Position numbers and translations under genes: made by a program. Shown here one piece after another: positions 40,576 to 53,430 of a DNA stretch of 64,000 bases. Origin of the DNA: Octopus vulgaris (Eukaryota); assembly GCA_951406725.2 (NCBI GenBank), contig OX597822.1:52452001-52516000 (forward strand), given 5' to 3'. Within the stretch, counting starts at the first letter, position 1. Every line of letters begins with the position of its first letter. Under the pieces are notes generated by a model. It ran no database searches. It saw only the letters and a program-made list of their open reading frames with translations, and was not told the DNA's origin.

Positions 40576-40776
40576 CTTTGTTAGGTAAGACTGTTCTAAC
40601 TTTATGAGTTGCCAGATTGTAGTAAACTAAGGTTCTGTCAGAACCCTGCAAGTCTATTAAGCCTTGATTTGTTTTGCCATCATAATATTCCAGCGATTGC
40701 GTAGTATTTTTTGCTATCGCATCTGTCATTTCCATCTGGAAATAAAATTGGTCACTTTGCTTTGGCATAACACTCG
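40576..40776 (-). CDS. Coding exon 2, ependymin/LolA-like repeat 1 N-terminal part
   Basis: Acceptor TTCATTTCAG, donor AAAG|GTGAGG, 201 nt, phase 1-1. Encodes ASVMPKQSDQFYFQMEMTDAIAKNTTQSLEYYDGKTNQGLIDLQGSDRTLVYYNLATHKVRTVLPNK, part of ORF 40502..40798. Confidence 0.9.
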
Positions 40777-41339
40777 CTGAAATGAATGAAAAATGCATAT
40801 TGTAATCTTCAAAAGATAATCGCGAAAGCGTACTGATTTAAAATTTAGGATTTGGGATTTGTTCAGAGGAGAAAAAGTATGATTGACCCAGGGTTATTGA
40901 TGCTAAAGAAGTTACCCACATGATAGTGTTAAACCGAGAGACTTAACATAATACAAACTAGAATTTCTTCAACTAGTTGCCAAATACACTGCCATCCACA
41001 ATTCCTGGCAAGAAATGTGACATACAAGATATAGGAAGATCAGATCAAATATTTTAATCGATAAGTTTCAAATATCATTTACAATGTATATACAAACGTG
41101 GAACTGTACTTGCCGTAATATCGAATTAATATATGCACTTAAAACAGGTTTTGATCAAAATACCATTGTATGTAGCAAATATAGTGTATATACATAAATT
41201 TCACTCAAAACTTTATGCGTAATGTTATTATACAGAGCTAATTGTTTAAAATGGTTCTGCAAAAAAGAGAAAAATATTTTCGAGTAAGTTTACATTTAGT
41301 AATGGATGACAAAGAAACGATACAGTGGCATAAACATAC

Positions 41340-41442
41340 CTAGGCTTCCAATTGCGTTCGTGCAAGGCTTACAGAATACTCTGGTGAACGTTGTCATTAT
41401 TATGAAGAGCAGAAAGACGCTGAATTTTTGAAAACCCTCCAT
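41340..41442 (-). CDS. Coding exon 1 (signal peptide) of secreted or membrane ependymin-related/LolA-like repeat protein
   Basis: Acceptor TATTTTCGCAG then TAACCAGTAACC-ATG. Encodes MEGFQKFSVFLLFIIMTTFTRVFCKPCTNAIGSL with a hydrophobic core. Donor CTAG|GTATGT, phase 1. Confidence 0.85.
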
Positions 41443-41601
41443 GGTTACTGGTTACTGCGAAAATAAATATTAAAAGATTTTGCTAAATTACATGTTACCA
41501 TCTTCTGACAATCGTGGAATCAGAACTACACGGTTCATGCATGATAATGGTTGTCTCTCGTAGTCCGATAAAAACGTTCTGCAATTTCTTGCTGAACGAC
41601 C

Positions 41602-41960
41602 TACTCTTTTACTCTTTTACTTGCTTCAGTCATTTGACTGCGGCCATGCTGGAGCACCGCCTTTAATCGAGCAACTCGACCCCGGGACTTATTCTTTGTA
41701 GGCCCAGTACTTATTCTATCGGTCTCTTTTGCCGAACCGCTAAGTGACGGGGACATAAACACACCAGCATCGGTTGTCAAGCAATGCTAGGGGAACAAAC
41801 ACAGACACACAAACATACACGCACACACACACACATATATATACGACAGGCTTCTTTCAGTTTCCGTATACCAAATCCACTCACAAGGCTTTGGTCGGCC
41901 CGAGGTTATAGTAGAAGACACTTGCCCAAGGTGTCACGCAGTGGGACTGAACCCAGAACT
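41602..41960 (-). mobile_element. SINE family A, head-truncated, abutting a mariner-like end (to about 42156)
   Basis: Family match. The adjacent segment ends TTTCGTCTGATCACCCTG-TA. Confidence 0.85.
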
Positions 41961-42704
41961 GTTCGTGTAACTTGCCCCCAAGTTGTTCCAAGACTCCGGC
42001 AAGTAGTCTCCGCCAAGGGCGGATATATTGAAAATTAAATATAACATCTCAATCTGCATTTTCTGGGCTTTATTTGAGCATATTCAAACTCGATATATCA
42101 TTTTGTATCGAGATATTATCTGAATAAATATGACTACATTTCGTCTGATCACCCTGTAAATACGTTTTGCTTTTATACCACATGTAAATAATTTAATCTA
42201 ATAGAACTTAATTTGCTTTGATTTAATTTCATTTAGCACCTATCTGTTGTACAAACCATCGAAAACTAACTAACTCATAATCCAGCTACAAATACACTAT
42301 GACCTATTTAAGGGTCTAGAAATCTTATTTCGAACTTAGACTAAAGGTCAGAATGAAGTCGTGCACGCAGTAATTTTTAGATCTATATCAAGTTTCTATT
42401 TCTCCCTCTCACCTTCTTTTTTTTTTCTCTCAAAAGCCATAGCAACCTTGCAAAATATGTTAGCCTCGCATAAATACACTCAGTTCGCTTCGAACCACAT
42501 CTGTGAACAGACCTTGAATAAAAGTGTATAGTCGAAAATAGCTGGATACAAATATGTACTTTTGGTATCTTGTACGGGAATACATTAAAATTTCATTTGT
42601 ATCAAAATATCTTATTCGCTTTGAAACCGCGACTTGTTCGCTGATAAAACTTCGCAAAAGTAATGCAGCACGAAGTTTTGTCAGTGAACAGCAAACGCAC
42701 ACAC

Positions 42705-42873
42705 ACAGTGGATGTGTGGCAAGTAGCTTGCTTACCAACCACATGGTTCCGGGTTCAGTCCCACTGCGTGGCACCTTGGGCAAGTATCTTCTACTATAGC
42801 CTCGATCTGACCAAAGCCTTGTGAGTGGATTTGGTAGACGGAAACTGAAAGAAGCCTGTCGTATATATGTATG

Positions 42874-42925
<52 letters not shown>

Positions 42926-43175
42926 TAGATAGATATATATATATATATATGTATGTGTGTATATATGTTTGTGTGTTTGTCCCCTCCCCCCCCCCCCAAC
43001 ATCGCATGACAACCGATGCTGGTGTGTTTACGTCACCGTAACTTACCGGTTCGGCAAAAGGGACCGATAGAATAAGTACTAGGCTTACAAAGAATAAGTC
43101 CTGGGGTCGATTTTCTCGACTAAAGGCGATGCTCCAGCATGACCACAGTCAAAATGACTGAAACAAGTAAAGAGA
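42705..43175 (+). mobile_element. SINE family A
   Basis: Family match. Confidence 0.92.
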
Positions 43176-43254
43176 GCGTTGAACACTTAAGTAATAAAAC
43201 TATGGATTTAATTATTTTTAATGTTTTCAACATCGCAAATGAGTACAGTCAAAC

Positions 43255-43802
43255 TAGTTAAGTTAAGTTAAGTTATTTTTTTTGGCTCAAAAAGCAAAAA
43301 GCAAGGCCATGTACGGGGACATGGAGTTATGTACAGGGAGGGTGTTCATGCAAAGAGTTCAGGACATTTCTGGTCAAGAGAGACTTTGAACCGAGCGGTC
43401 GTCGGCATCTTCACTATCTCGTCCGGCAGCTTATTCCACGGACCCGCAACCCGGACGGAGAAAGCCCCTCTCCTTTGATTGAGATGAAATCGTCGCAGAT
43501 AGAGCTTTTCGGAGTGACCCCGCAGCCGACGCTCTGGAGCAGGAGTGAAGACCAGCTCCTTCGAGAGGTTACACTTTCCGCTTATGATGTTGTGAGCGAG
43601 AATGAGATCACCACGGCGTCGTCGTTTTTCTAGAGAATAAAGGTCGAGCGTCTTCAGCCTTTCTTCATAAGACAAATGCTTGAGACCAAGAACCATGCGG
43701 GTAGCCAGCTTCTGGACTCTTTCGAGATGATGTATGTCTTTGAGGAGATAAGGAGAAGAGACTTGAATCCAGTACTCCAATATGGGTCTCACCAGCGTGA
43801 CA
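43255..43802 (-). mobile_element. CR1-group LINE 3' fragment, same family as 23839-26850
   Basis: VTLVRPILEY...ERVQKLATRMV...RRRRGDLI, highly similar at nucleotide level including the 3' UTR. Confidence 0.93.
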
Positions 43803-44374
43803 ACTAAATATGAGTGGGTAATATCCTTTTCGACCAAGCAAGAACGAAAACTCCAAATAGTTATGTTTATGGGGTGTTAACAGCGGAAGTGTCGCCTTTT
43901 CCATTGCTTGTTATGCGATACTGTAATAACTGAATTACCCTATGATAATTAACGGTAAATTAGGTTAATTGATAATTGAATTATAAAGAAGCGCTAACTA
44001 CATATTTAACTTATAAAAAAAGTGGGATTGATAATTTACATAGTTTTCAGTGATGACCTATATTACTAGTATATCTACAGTATGATAAAAAAAGAATATC
44101 AGTTTTATCGCCAGGTAAACATGATGTCGATGAACTTCGAACTAAATGAAAAAATTATCCTCCTGCTTCGCCACCATCTACACCGACATCGAATGAATCA
44201 AACCAACGCAGGTGTCTCTATTTCTTTGTTATCCCAGTCAAATATTAATAATGCCCTCATTGCGCCAATTAAAAAATTCTAATTTTTCCCCTTAACCAAA
44301 CTGATTTATTCTTCAGAAAACATTATTAATTTTAAAGAACGATCGTTTCATTTATAATTATGAACTATAATAAA

Positions 44375-46400
44375 GAGGCGAGCTGGCAGAATCATTAGCA
44401 CGTTTGACGAAGCGTTTAGCAGTGTTTCGCTCGCCGCTACGTTCAGAGTTCAAATTCCGTGGAGGTCTACTTTACCTTTCATCTCTCTGGGTCGACAAAT
44501 TAAGTACCAGTGAAACACTGTGGTCGATATAATCGACTGGTTCCCTCCCACTCAAATTTCAGGCTTTGTGCCTTTAGTAGAAAGGATTATTATGAATTAT
44601 AATATTGAGAAGGCGGCGAGCTGGCAGAAACGTTAGCACGCCGGGCGAAATGCGTAGCCGTATTTCGTCTGCCGTTACGTTCTGAGTTCAAATTCCGCCG
44701 AGGTTAACTTTGCCTTTCATGCTTTCGGAGTCGATAAATTAAGTACCAGTTACGCACTGGGGTCGATGTAATCGACTTAATCCGTTTGTCTGTCCTTGCT
44801 TGTCCCCTCTGTGTTTAGCCCCTTGTGGGTAGTAAAGAAATAGGTATTTCGTCTGCCGTTACGTTCTGTGTTCAAATTCCGCCGAGGTTGACTTTGCCTT
44901 TCATCTTTTCGGGGTCGATAAATTAAATACCAGTTACGCACTGGGGTCGATGTAATCGACTTAATCCGTTTGTCAGTCCTTGTTTGTCCCCTCTGTGTTT
45001 AGCCCCTTGTAGGTAGTAAAGAAACAAGAATCGTTAGCACGCCGGGCAAAATGTTTACCGGCATTTCGTCCGTCTTTATGTTCCGAGTTCAAATTCCACC
45101 GAGGGCGACTCTGCCTTCCATCCTTCGGAGTCGATAAAATAAATACCAGTTACGTACTAGGGTCGGTGTAATTGACTAACTCCTCCCAAAAAATGTCAAG
45201 CTTTGTGCCTATAGTAGAAACGATCATTACTTATAATACTGAGAAGGCGGCAAACTGGCGGAATCGTTAGCGAATCAGACAAAATGATTAACAGTATTTC
45301 ATCTGCTACTTAACGTTCTCAGTTTATTTCCTGTCGATGTAGGGTTGATAAACTAAGCATCTGCTAAATACCAGGGTTGCTGTAATCAGTTTGTTCCTCC
45401 CTTCAAACTGCTGACACTGCGTCGAACAAAATGCTTAACGGCATTTCTTCTGACTCTTTATGTTTTGAGTTCCAATGCTGTTGAAGTCAGCTTTTTTCTC
45501 CTTTCGAAGTTTAGGTAATAAAGTACCGTTCAAGTGCTGCGGCCGATGTGAACGGCTATCTCCTTCCCCTAAAATTGCTGCGTTGTACCAAAATTTGAAA
45601 TAACTCTTAATATTTCCTTCGAGATTCGTCTGTCTTTACGTTCTAGGTTCTAATTCCGCCGAGGTCGACTTTGTCTTTCCTCCTTTCAGGGTCGATAAAT
45701 TAAGTACAAGTTGTGTACTGGGGTCAATCTAATCGACTGGTCCCCTCCCCAGAAATGTCGAGCCTAGAGTAGAAAATAATATTTCCTTGGAATTTTGACA
45801 CAGAGGGGTAAAGTCGATCACATCGACCCCAATGTTCAACTGGTACTTAATTTATCGATCCTGAAAGGTTGAATGGTAAAGTCAACCTCGGTGAAATTTG
45901 AACTGAGAACGTGAAAATAGACGAAACGCTGTGAAGCATTTTCCCTAGCTTACTAACTATTCTGCCAGCTCAGCAGAATAGTTAATAATAATCATTAATA
46001 TTGGTTTAAAATTTTGGCACAAGGCCAGCAATTTCCTCGGAAGGGATAAGTTGATTACATCAACCACAGTACTCAACTAGTACTTATTTTATCGACGCTG
46101 AAAGGATAAAAGGCAAAATCGACCTCGGCAGAATTTGAACTCGGAACATAAAGACGGACAAAATACCGCGAAGCATTTTGCACCTCTGACATTGTTTGCT
46201 CTTGTGTCAAAATTTAAAACTAATAATGAGTCTTATTTTTTACCCATTCTTGTTCTCGGGCCCCTAAAATAATTTATATTATTTTATATTCTGAATTCAA
46301 ATTTCGCTGAGGCTAATTGTGTTTTTTATCATTTAGGGATCGATAAAATAAATTACCTATCAAGAACTGGTAATTATTACATCAACTATCCTTTCCCTCG
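44375..46400. mobile_element. Cluster of about ten family-B SINE copies in both orientations
   Basis: Repeated GAGTTCAAATTCCGCCGAGG..GACTTTGCCTTTCATC..GTCGATAAATTAAGTACCAG units. Plus strand to about 45770, minus strand 45790-46185, then plus again. Confidence 0.9.
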
Positions 46401-47417
46401 TGTAGCTTTAACAATTATTACATAAACTGGAAGCAATTAATCTATGTATTAGAGCTGTGAGTGAACGGGTGTGTCACACAAAAATGCCAAATAGTATTTA
46501 TATTTGCAATTAAATCTCATATATATATATGTATACATACATACATTCCTACATACATACATATATATATATTTATATATATATATATATATATATACAG
46601 GGAGAGTTTACGAAAAAAAAAACAAAAGACAGGTGGTGTACAAAACAAACGGATGTATTAGTATAACGCTCAGGAATAGAAAAAGTCTTTTACGTTTCGA
46701 GCCTACGCTTTTCAACAGAAAGGGACACAGAAAAAACAAGGAGAGAGAAAAAATGTGTATAGTGGCTAACGATCTATCATGGCGTCTATATATATATATA
46801 TAAATATATATATATACATATACAAAATCTCACTTAGAGAATATCTAAGCAACTGGTGTGCAAAACACCACCTTGGTATGTTTAAAATGCGAAAGCAGTA
46901 AGCAAGGGAGATGACTCTAAAATTTCTTTTAGACAAATGAATAAAATAGATATGTCTTTAAAGTAAACTCGTGAAAACAATTGATAACTTTCAAATTTCA
47001 GCTTTATGAGGTCTCGTCAGCCAAACAACTTCGGTTGAAATTTATTTCATCTCCTCTTTAGTTTTTATTCGTGTTATTTTTAGTTTATACATCTATCAAA
47101 ATTCTTTCATCACGCATTCTGCGACCTCACCAGTGACTCTCTGTCCCATGTGTCTGCTCTTGTCCTCCTGTGGAATATATCTCTATCTGCGCATGCGTTT
47201 ACGTCAGTATAATTGTGTGAGTGTGCGTGTATGTGTGTAGGTGACTGTGCGTATGTGTGTGTATGTGTTTAGTATGTGTATCTCATGTGCATGTATATGG
47301 GTTTGTATATTACTCTGTGCCCTTTAATTTATGTTTATTCATTTAATATAAATACATATAAATGAATATATACGTACATACAAACATATATACATGCATA
47401 GATAAATGCGTATAAGT

Positions 47418-47880
47418 GCAGGCAGGGATGTTTGTTTAGGAAACTCGCTTCGGAACCACATGGTCTAGGGTTCAGTCCCATTGTGCAGCACTTAGGGCAA
47501 GTGTCTTCTATTATAGCCCCGGGCCGAGCAATACCTTGTGTATGAATTTAGTTGACGGAGACTGTGTGGAAGCACTCCTATGTATATGCGTGCGTATCTG
47601 TTTGTTCCTCTGTATGTGTCTGTGCCTCTTTGTGTGTGTACCTGTGTGCGTTTTTGCATCTGTGTTTGTCACCAGCACCACAGTCTACCGCTTAACAAAC
47701 GATGTTGATATATTTATGCCTAGTAACATAGTGGTTCGGCAAAAGGGCTGAGAAAATTAGTACAAGAAAAATTAGTAAAATTTAAATCAAGAACTGTGAT
47801 CGATTTCTTCGATTAAAACTCTCAAGGTGGAGCCTCAACATTGCTACAGTCCAATGACAGAAACAAGAAAATGTTAAAAA
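47418..47880 (+). mobile_element. Old, diverged SINE family A copy
   Basis: GGTTCAGTCCCA..TTAGGGCAAGTGTCTTCTA..AATGACAGAAACAAG. Confidence 0.75.
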
Positions 47881-47905
47881 ATAACAAACATATATATATA
47901 TTTAC

Positions 47906-47951
<46 letters not shown>

Positions 47952-47992
47952 TTGTATATATATATATATATATATATCAGTTTGTATATTTA

Positions 47993-48034
<42 letters not shown>

Positions 48035-48046
48035 TTTGTATATTTA

Positions 48047-48093
<47 letters not shown>

Positions 48094-48708
48094 GTTTGTA
48101 TATATATATCCGCATACACACATACACCGAATTGACGGCACAAAGCCAGCAATTTGAAAGAGGGGGTAAGTCGATTACATTGATGCCAGCACCTTGCTGG
48201 TACTTATTTTATTGACCCCGAGAAGATGAAAGGTAAAGTCAAACAGGATAGAATTTGAACTCAGAACGTAAAGAGCCGGAAGAAATGCCGTTAAGCACTT
48301 TGTCCGTCGCTTTAATGATTTTTAATTTATTCAACGGAAATTACTCTGTTGCAAGAATTTGGATTGAACCATCAGTTCTTTTCCTGTAATATTTATTACA
48401 TTTGATATCATCCACATCAACTTACCAGCCTAGAAGTGTTTGCAAAAGATATGGATACTTTCTTTTGGGAAAACATGTCAAATTATGGTAAATTCTTTCT
48501 CAAAGCCTTTCTTATTTGAAGACCGCAAAGAATTTTTTTTTTTAATACAATATTTTATAAATAAGTGGTATTATTCAGTGAATACTTAACTGATATGTAT
48601 AATTATGAAAATAATAATATATATTACCACAGAAAAAAAAAACATATTAAAAAAAGGAAAACGTAATACAAATTCATTAAATAAACGTATTTATATTAAA
48701 TAACTTAC

Positions 48709-48822
48709 CTGTTCCAAATTAGATCCAAGAATAAATAAACTTTCGACACGACAACAGATAATAGAAAAGTATTGAAAAAACAAAAGATAAAACCACAGAC
48801 ACTGTGACACAAACGCAATCAT
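48709..48822 (-). other. Probable upstream exon of the ependymin/LolA-like gene, containing a 38-codon uORF (5' boundary unknown)
   Basis: Strong donor GAACAG|GTAAGT at 48709/48708 in non-repetitive DNA. ATG at 48822 opens MIAFVSQCLWFYLLFFQYFSIICCRVESLFILGSNLEQ. The first coding exon has its own acceptor at 41454, so some upstream exon should exist. Confidence 0.5.
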
Positions 48823-49104
48823 ACACAATGTCACACACGCAATAAAAAGTATAAAAGGATTTTATTAGAATAGATTAGTAAAATCTTCTGCTCAGAAACC
48901 ACTATCTTGATGAACATTGGACTTTAGCATTTAATCTCTGTAACCGCTTTCAATAATGCTTCTGCTTTTTTTTATTTTTGAATTTGTATCAGTCAATGGA
49001 CTACGGCCATGCTGGGGCACAATCAATCAGAATCTAACCTCGGTACTTATCTCAAGTTTGGTATTTATTGGCAAAAGTGTAAATAAACACATGCACAATT
49101 ACAG

Positions 49105-49628
<524 letters not shown>

Positions 49629-49640
49629 ATATATATACAC

Positions 49641-49882
49641 ACATACAAAATTTGAGGATTGACCACCAAAATTGGACAGCCTGTGTGCTAGATATAGACG
49701 TCAAACTCGCCATTTTCCACAGAGAAAATGGCGATTTTGACGTCTATATCTAGCATACAGGCTGTCCACTTTTAGTAGTCAATCCTCTAAATTTTGTATG
49801 TAAAAATTTTTAATCTTCGAATTTTTTTTTAAATATGCAAGGCCACTGGTTTTAATTGATTAATATCAATTTCTACCCTTAT

Positions 49883-49890
<8 letters not shown>
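49641..49890. mobile_element. TA-flanked fold-back element (hairpin 49641-49801)
   Basis: About 75-bp arms around CCACAGAG. The 3' tail (CACTGGTT...ACCCTTATT) resembles 22560-22650. Confidence 0.75.
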
Positions 49891-50392
<502 letters not shown>

Positions 50393-50498
50393 GGAGTAAG
50401 CACATAAATGTAAAACAAGTTGGGAAAACGAGTACTCAAGTACCAGAGGTAGAGTAATATGCTTTAAAAGCAGCAGAAATATAACAAATTTAACAAAA

Positions 50499-50534
50499 CT
50501 GTCCGACGAACGGGAACGTGAAACTGAGTAACAG
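50499..50534 (+). ncRNA. Compact hammerhead motif (CCGACGA core) in TA-flanked fold-back element 50391-50570
   Basis: ctgt-CCGACGA-ACG-ggaa-CGT-GAAA-CTGAG-TA-acag. Confidence 0.7.
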
Positions 50535-50773
50535 CTTTTGTTATATTTCTGCTGCTTTTAAATAAAGAATATATATATATATATATATATTCCTGATGAA
50601 GGCCGATTTATGGGGTTACTCTGGGTTTCCCGTCCATAGATGGTTTAACTTTGTGACATATCGTGTCAGACCTCAAGACCTGTTGGCCTATGACTTCTTT
50701 AAAACATGGAGGGGAAGAGTCCGTATTATCTCCCTTTGCTAATGGCTATCGACTTCCGCTCGTACCGCCATCA

Positions 50774-51942
50774 TCTCTTCTCTCTATACATAAACGGCAG
50801 TTTGTCTGTCTGTGTGTCAGTGTGTCTGTTAGGTTGTACCCTCACCCTGACCACGGCTTTCAACCGATTCTGATGAAACTTGACACACACATAGCCCAAT
50901 GTCATAATTCAAAACTAACGCACCGAAAATTTTGAAAAGTTCCCACAGTTCTGAAAACATCGATAAATTCGAGATGGGGTCGAGAATCTAAGCTTTTTAT
51001 ATGCAACACATTTTCTGTTGTAGTTTTCGCAACTTGCAATTGATTTTCACCAAACTCATGGTGAAGCTTAATGTTACCCTAAGAAACTTAATTCTGACGT
51101 TAGTTTTCTATGCAATACCTTACCATCAGAAAAAATCGATAAATTCATGTCATTTTGGGAAATCGCATTCAAATTCAAGATGACAAATTTTCGACAATAT
51201 CTTTCACAAATTGGTAGGAATTTTTTTTTAAATTCACAGCGAGCATCATGTCTGCTCCAAGGAGCTATATGGCCCTTTTTATTCCAATAGGATACTTTAT
51301 TACTGGAAAAAATCGGTTAATTAAATCATATGTGGCACACATAGCAAACCGATTTGTGTATTAAACACAAACCACAGGCTGTCTAGGGGACGCAACTCGA
51401 CCTTTTTAACTCTCGGAACACGTGGGGTAAGTATTTCAAAATGTATAAAAATGTACAAAAACGGCAAAAAAGCGGGCAGCAATGTGAGTGACAACAACGA
51501 AAAAGTCAAAAGTGACCAAACTGAACAAACGAATGGAAAAGGTTTTTTGGTGCACACGACAAAAGCTGTTTATAATAAACCAAGAGTTTGCAAGTAGCGT
51601 CCGAGGACCCTTAGGGTACGTCAAAAATTTAAGGTAAAACGTTTGGGGTGGTAATTATAAAGAAAGTTTAAACAAAAAACGTATTCGAATAACTTGCGGC
51701 TGCAGCAGCTATTAGCAGAAGTGGCAGTGTTGTGGGGTGAAGTCTCGAATGTAATTTCTTCCTGGTAGGAATTGGTTGGGTTGAATTATCGATAGCTGTT
51801 TGATAGTTATTTGGGAGTGAAGAGAAGACATTGCAACCTACACATGCACCTTCGTTCCCTAGAGTGAAAGGACTAGATTGGGATTAGTCGTTGCCTACTA
51901 GGGGCTCTTACATACCCGGGCAACGCCAGGCTATGCTGCTAG
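50774..51942 (+). mobile_element. Non-autonomous Helitron
   Basis: 5' A|TC..TCTATACATAAA plus GTCT repeats. 3' hairpin CCCGGGCAACGCCAGG followed by CTAG|T. Confidence 0.8.
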
Positions 51943-52164
51943 TTCAGCTATAAGAGTAAACTACAGGGGATTATCTCCGTCTCCCGTTAGCTGTCAACTT
52001 TCGGCGGTTCCCAAAAGACCAGCAGAAATCTGAAATGCAAACATGACCCGAAAATATCTGTTCTGGAGTTAAGTATAGCCCATTCGGTTATGCATAGCTT
52101 GCAGCGTTACGTCCCGTTGATGTATGGGCCTTGATTTTCGAGGTTTTTCAATGAGATCGACTGT

Positions 52165-52182
52165 CGAACTGAAAGAAGCCCG

Positions 52183-52229
<47 letters not shown>

Positions 52230-52250
52230 TGTGTGTGTGTGTGTGTGTCT

Positions 52251-52288
<38 letters not shown>

Positions 52289-52460
52289 ATGTATTTGTGT
52301 GTCTGTGTTTGTCCCACCATCATCGCTTGACAACCAATATTGGTGTGTTTACGCCCTCGTAATCTAGCGGTTCAGCAAAAAGAGACCTAGGCTGCGATCT
52401 ATTTGTTCGACTAAAGTATGGCCGCAGTCAAATGACTGAAATAAGTAAAGGAATAAGAGA
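52165..52460 (+). mobile_element. SINE family A 3' half
   Basis: AACTGAAAGAAGCCCGTCG..(TG)n..GCAGTCAAATGACTGAAA. Confidence 0.85.
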
Positions 52461-52463
52461 ATA

Positions 52464-53342
52464 CAGGATGCGGTGAATAAATTGTCGTCTAAATTATACA
52501 AAGATGAAAATAACACTGACATCTGATTTTAACAGATATATTTACCAAAATTACATAAAAATCATGAAATATTTTCAAATACTAAAGAGTAAATTTATTC
52601 AATAAAATCGCCACGGCCTCCAGACGACTTCGTAATTTCCTGCAACTCTTCTGGACGGTCTCCTTGTTTAAGTTGGTAAATGTCAAAATTCTTGCCTTCA
52701 ATTTATCTTTGGTGTTACAAGGAGTTTTGTTGCTCTTTCGCTCAACTGCGCCCCACATAAAATAATCAAGGCTGGTTGTAGTCTGGCGAGTTAGGTAGCC
52801 AAATGTTAGGGATGATGTGGTCGCAGAAATTGCCTGATAACAATGACTGGATTCTCCTGCTTTTGTGGTATGGTACAGAATCCTGTTGCCAGACAAAGGG
52901 TCTTCCAGCAGCCACCCTCTTCACCTAGGGTAGCACTACTTCCTCCAGGCACTTGATGTAACCCTCTGTGTTGAGTCTGAGGCCATTGTGGGAACATGAA
53001 TGGTGGTATAACGTCGCCATCACTAGTGATCACTCCAAACACTATGATGCTGACTGGATGTTTGATTTTTATCACTCCCGGTACGTTTTGTGGAAACGGC
53101 AAACACTCAGATTGACACGCAAACACTCTGAAATGTTCGTATTGGAGCTACATGTGCGAATGCCAAGCAGTACTGCATATCATTTCCAAATTTCTGGCAG
53201 AGTGAATTGCGTCATGGTGCTGTTTTTCTCACAAACGGTCCCCAACTGACTTTACGAAACTGTGTAGTCGACAAAATCAAAAACAAACGATGCACATACG
53301 GGAAATTAAAAATATAAAATGGTGACAATTTACTCATCGCAC

Positions 53343-53346
<4 letters not shown>
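52464..53346 (-). mobile_element. Internally deleted Tc1/mariner (maT/DD37D-like) transposon
   Basis: TIRs CAGG(A/G)TGCG(G/A)TGA(A/G)TAAATTGTC. Transposase remnants KHPVSIIVFGVITSDGDV, WQQDS, LDYFMWGAVERKSNKTPCNTKDKLKARI. Confidence 0.88.

Positions 53347-53430
<84 letters not shown>

Noticed and set aside
44081-44212. Plus-strand exon-like segment (YDKKRISVLSPGK...PPASPPSTPTS)
   Set aside because: In-frame TGA, weak donor and no partner exons.
44375-46400. CRISPR-like repeated units or tRNA gene cluster
   Set aside because: The units are diverged SINE copies in a eukaryotic context, with no constant repeat-spacer pattern and no full cloverleaf.
50864-50882. CTGATGAAAC hammerhead-like string
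   Set aside because: No stem II, and it is a common Helitron internal motif.
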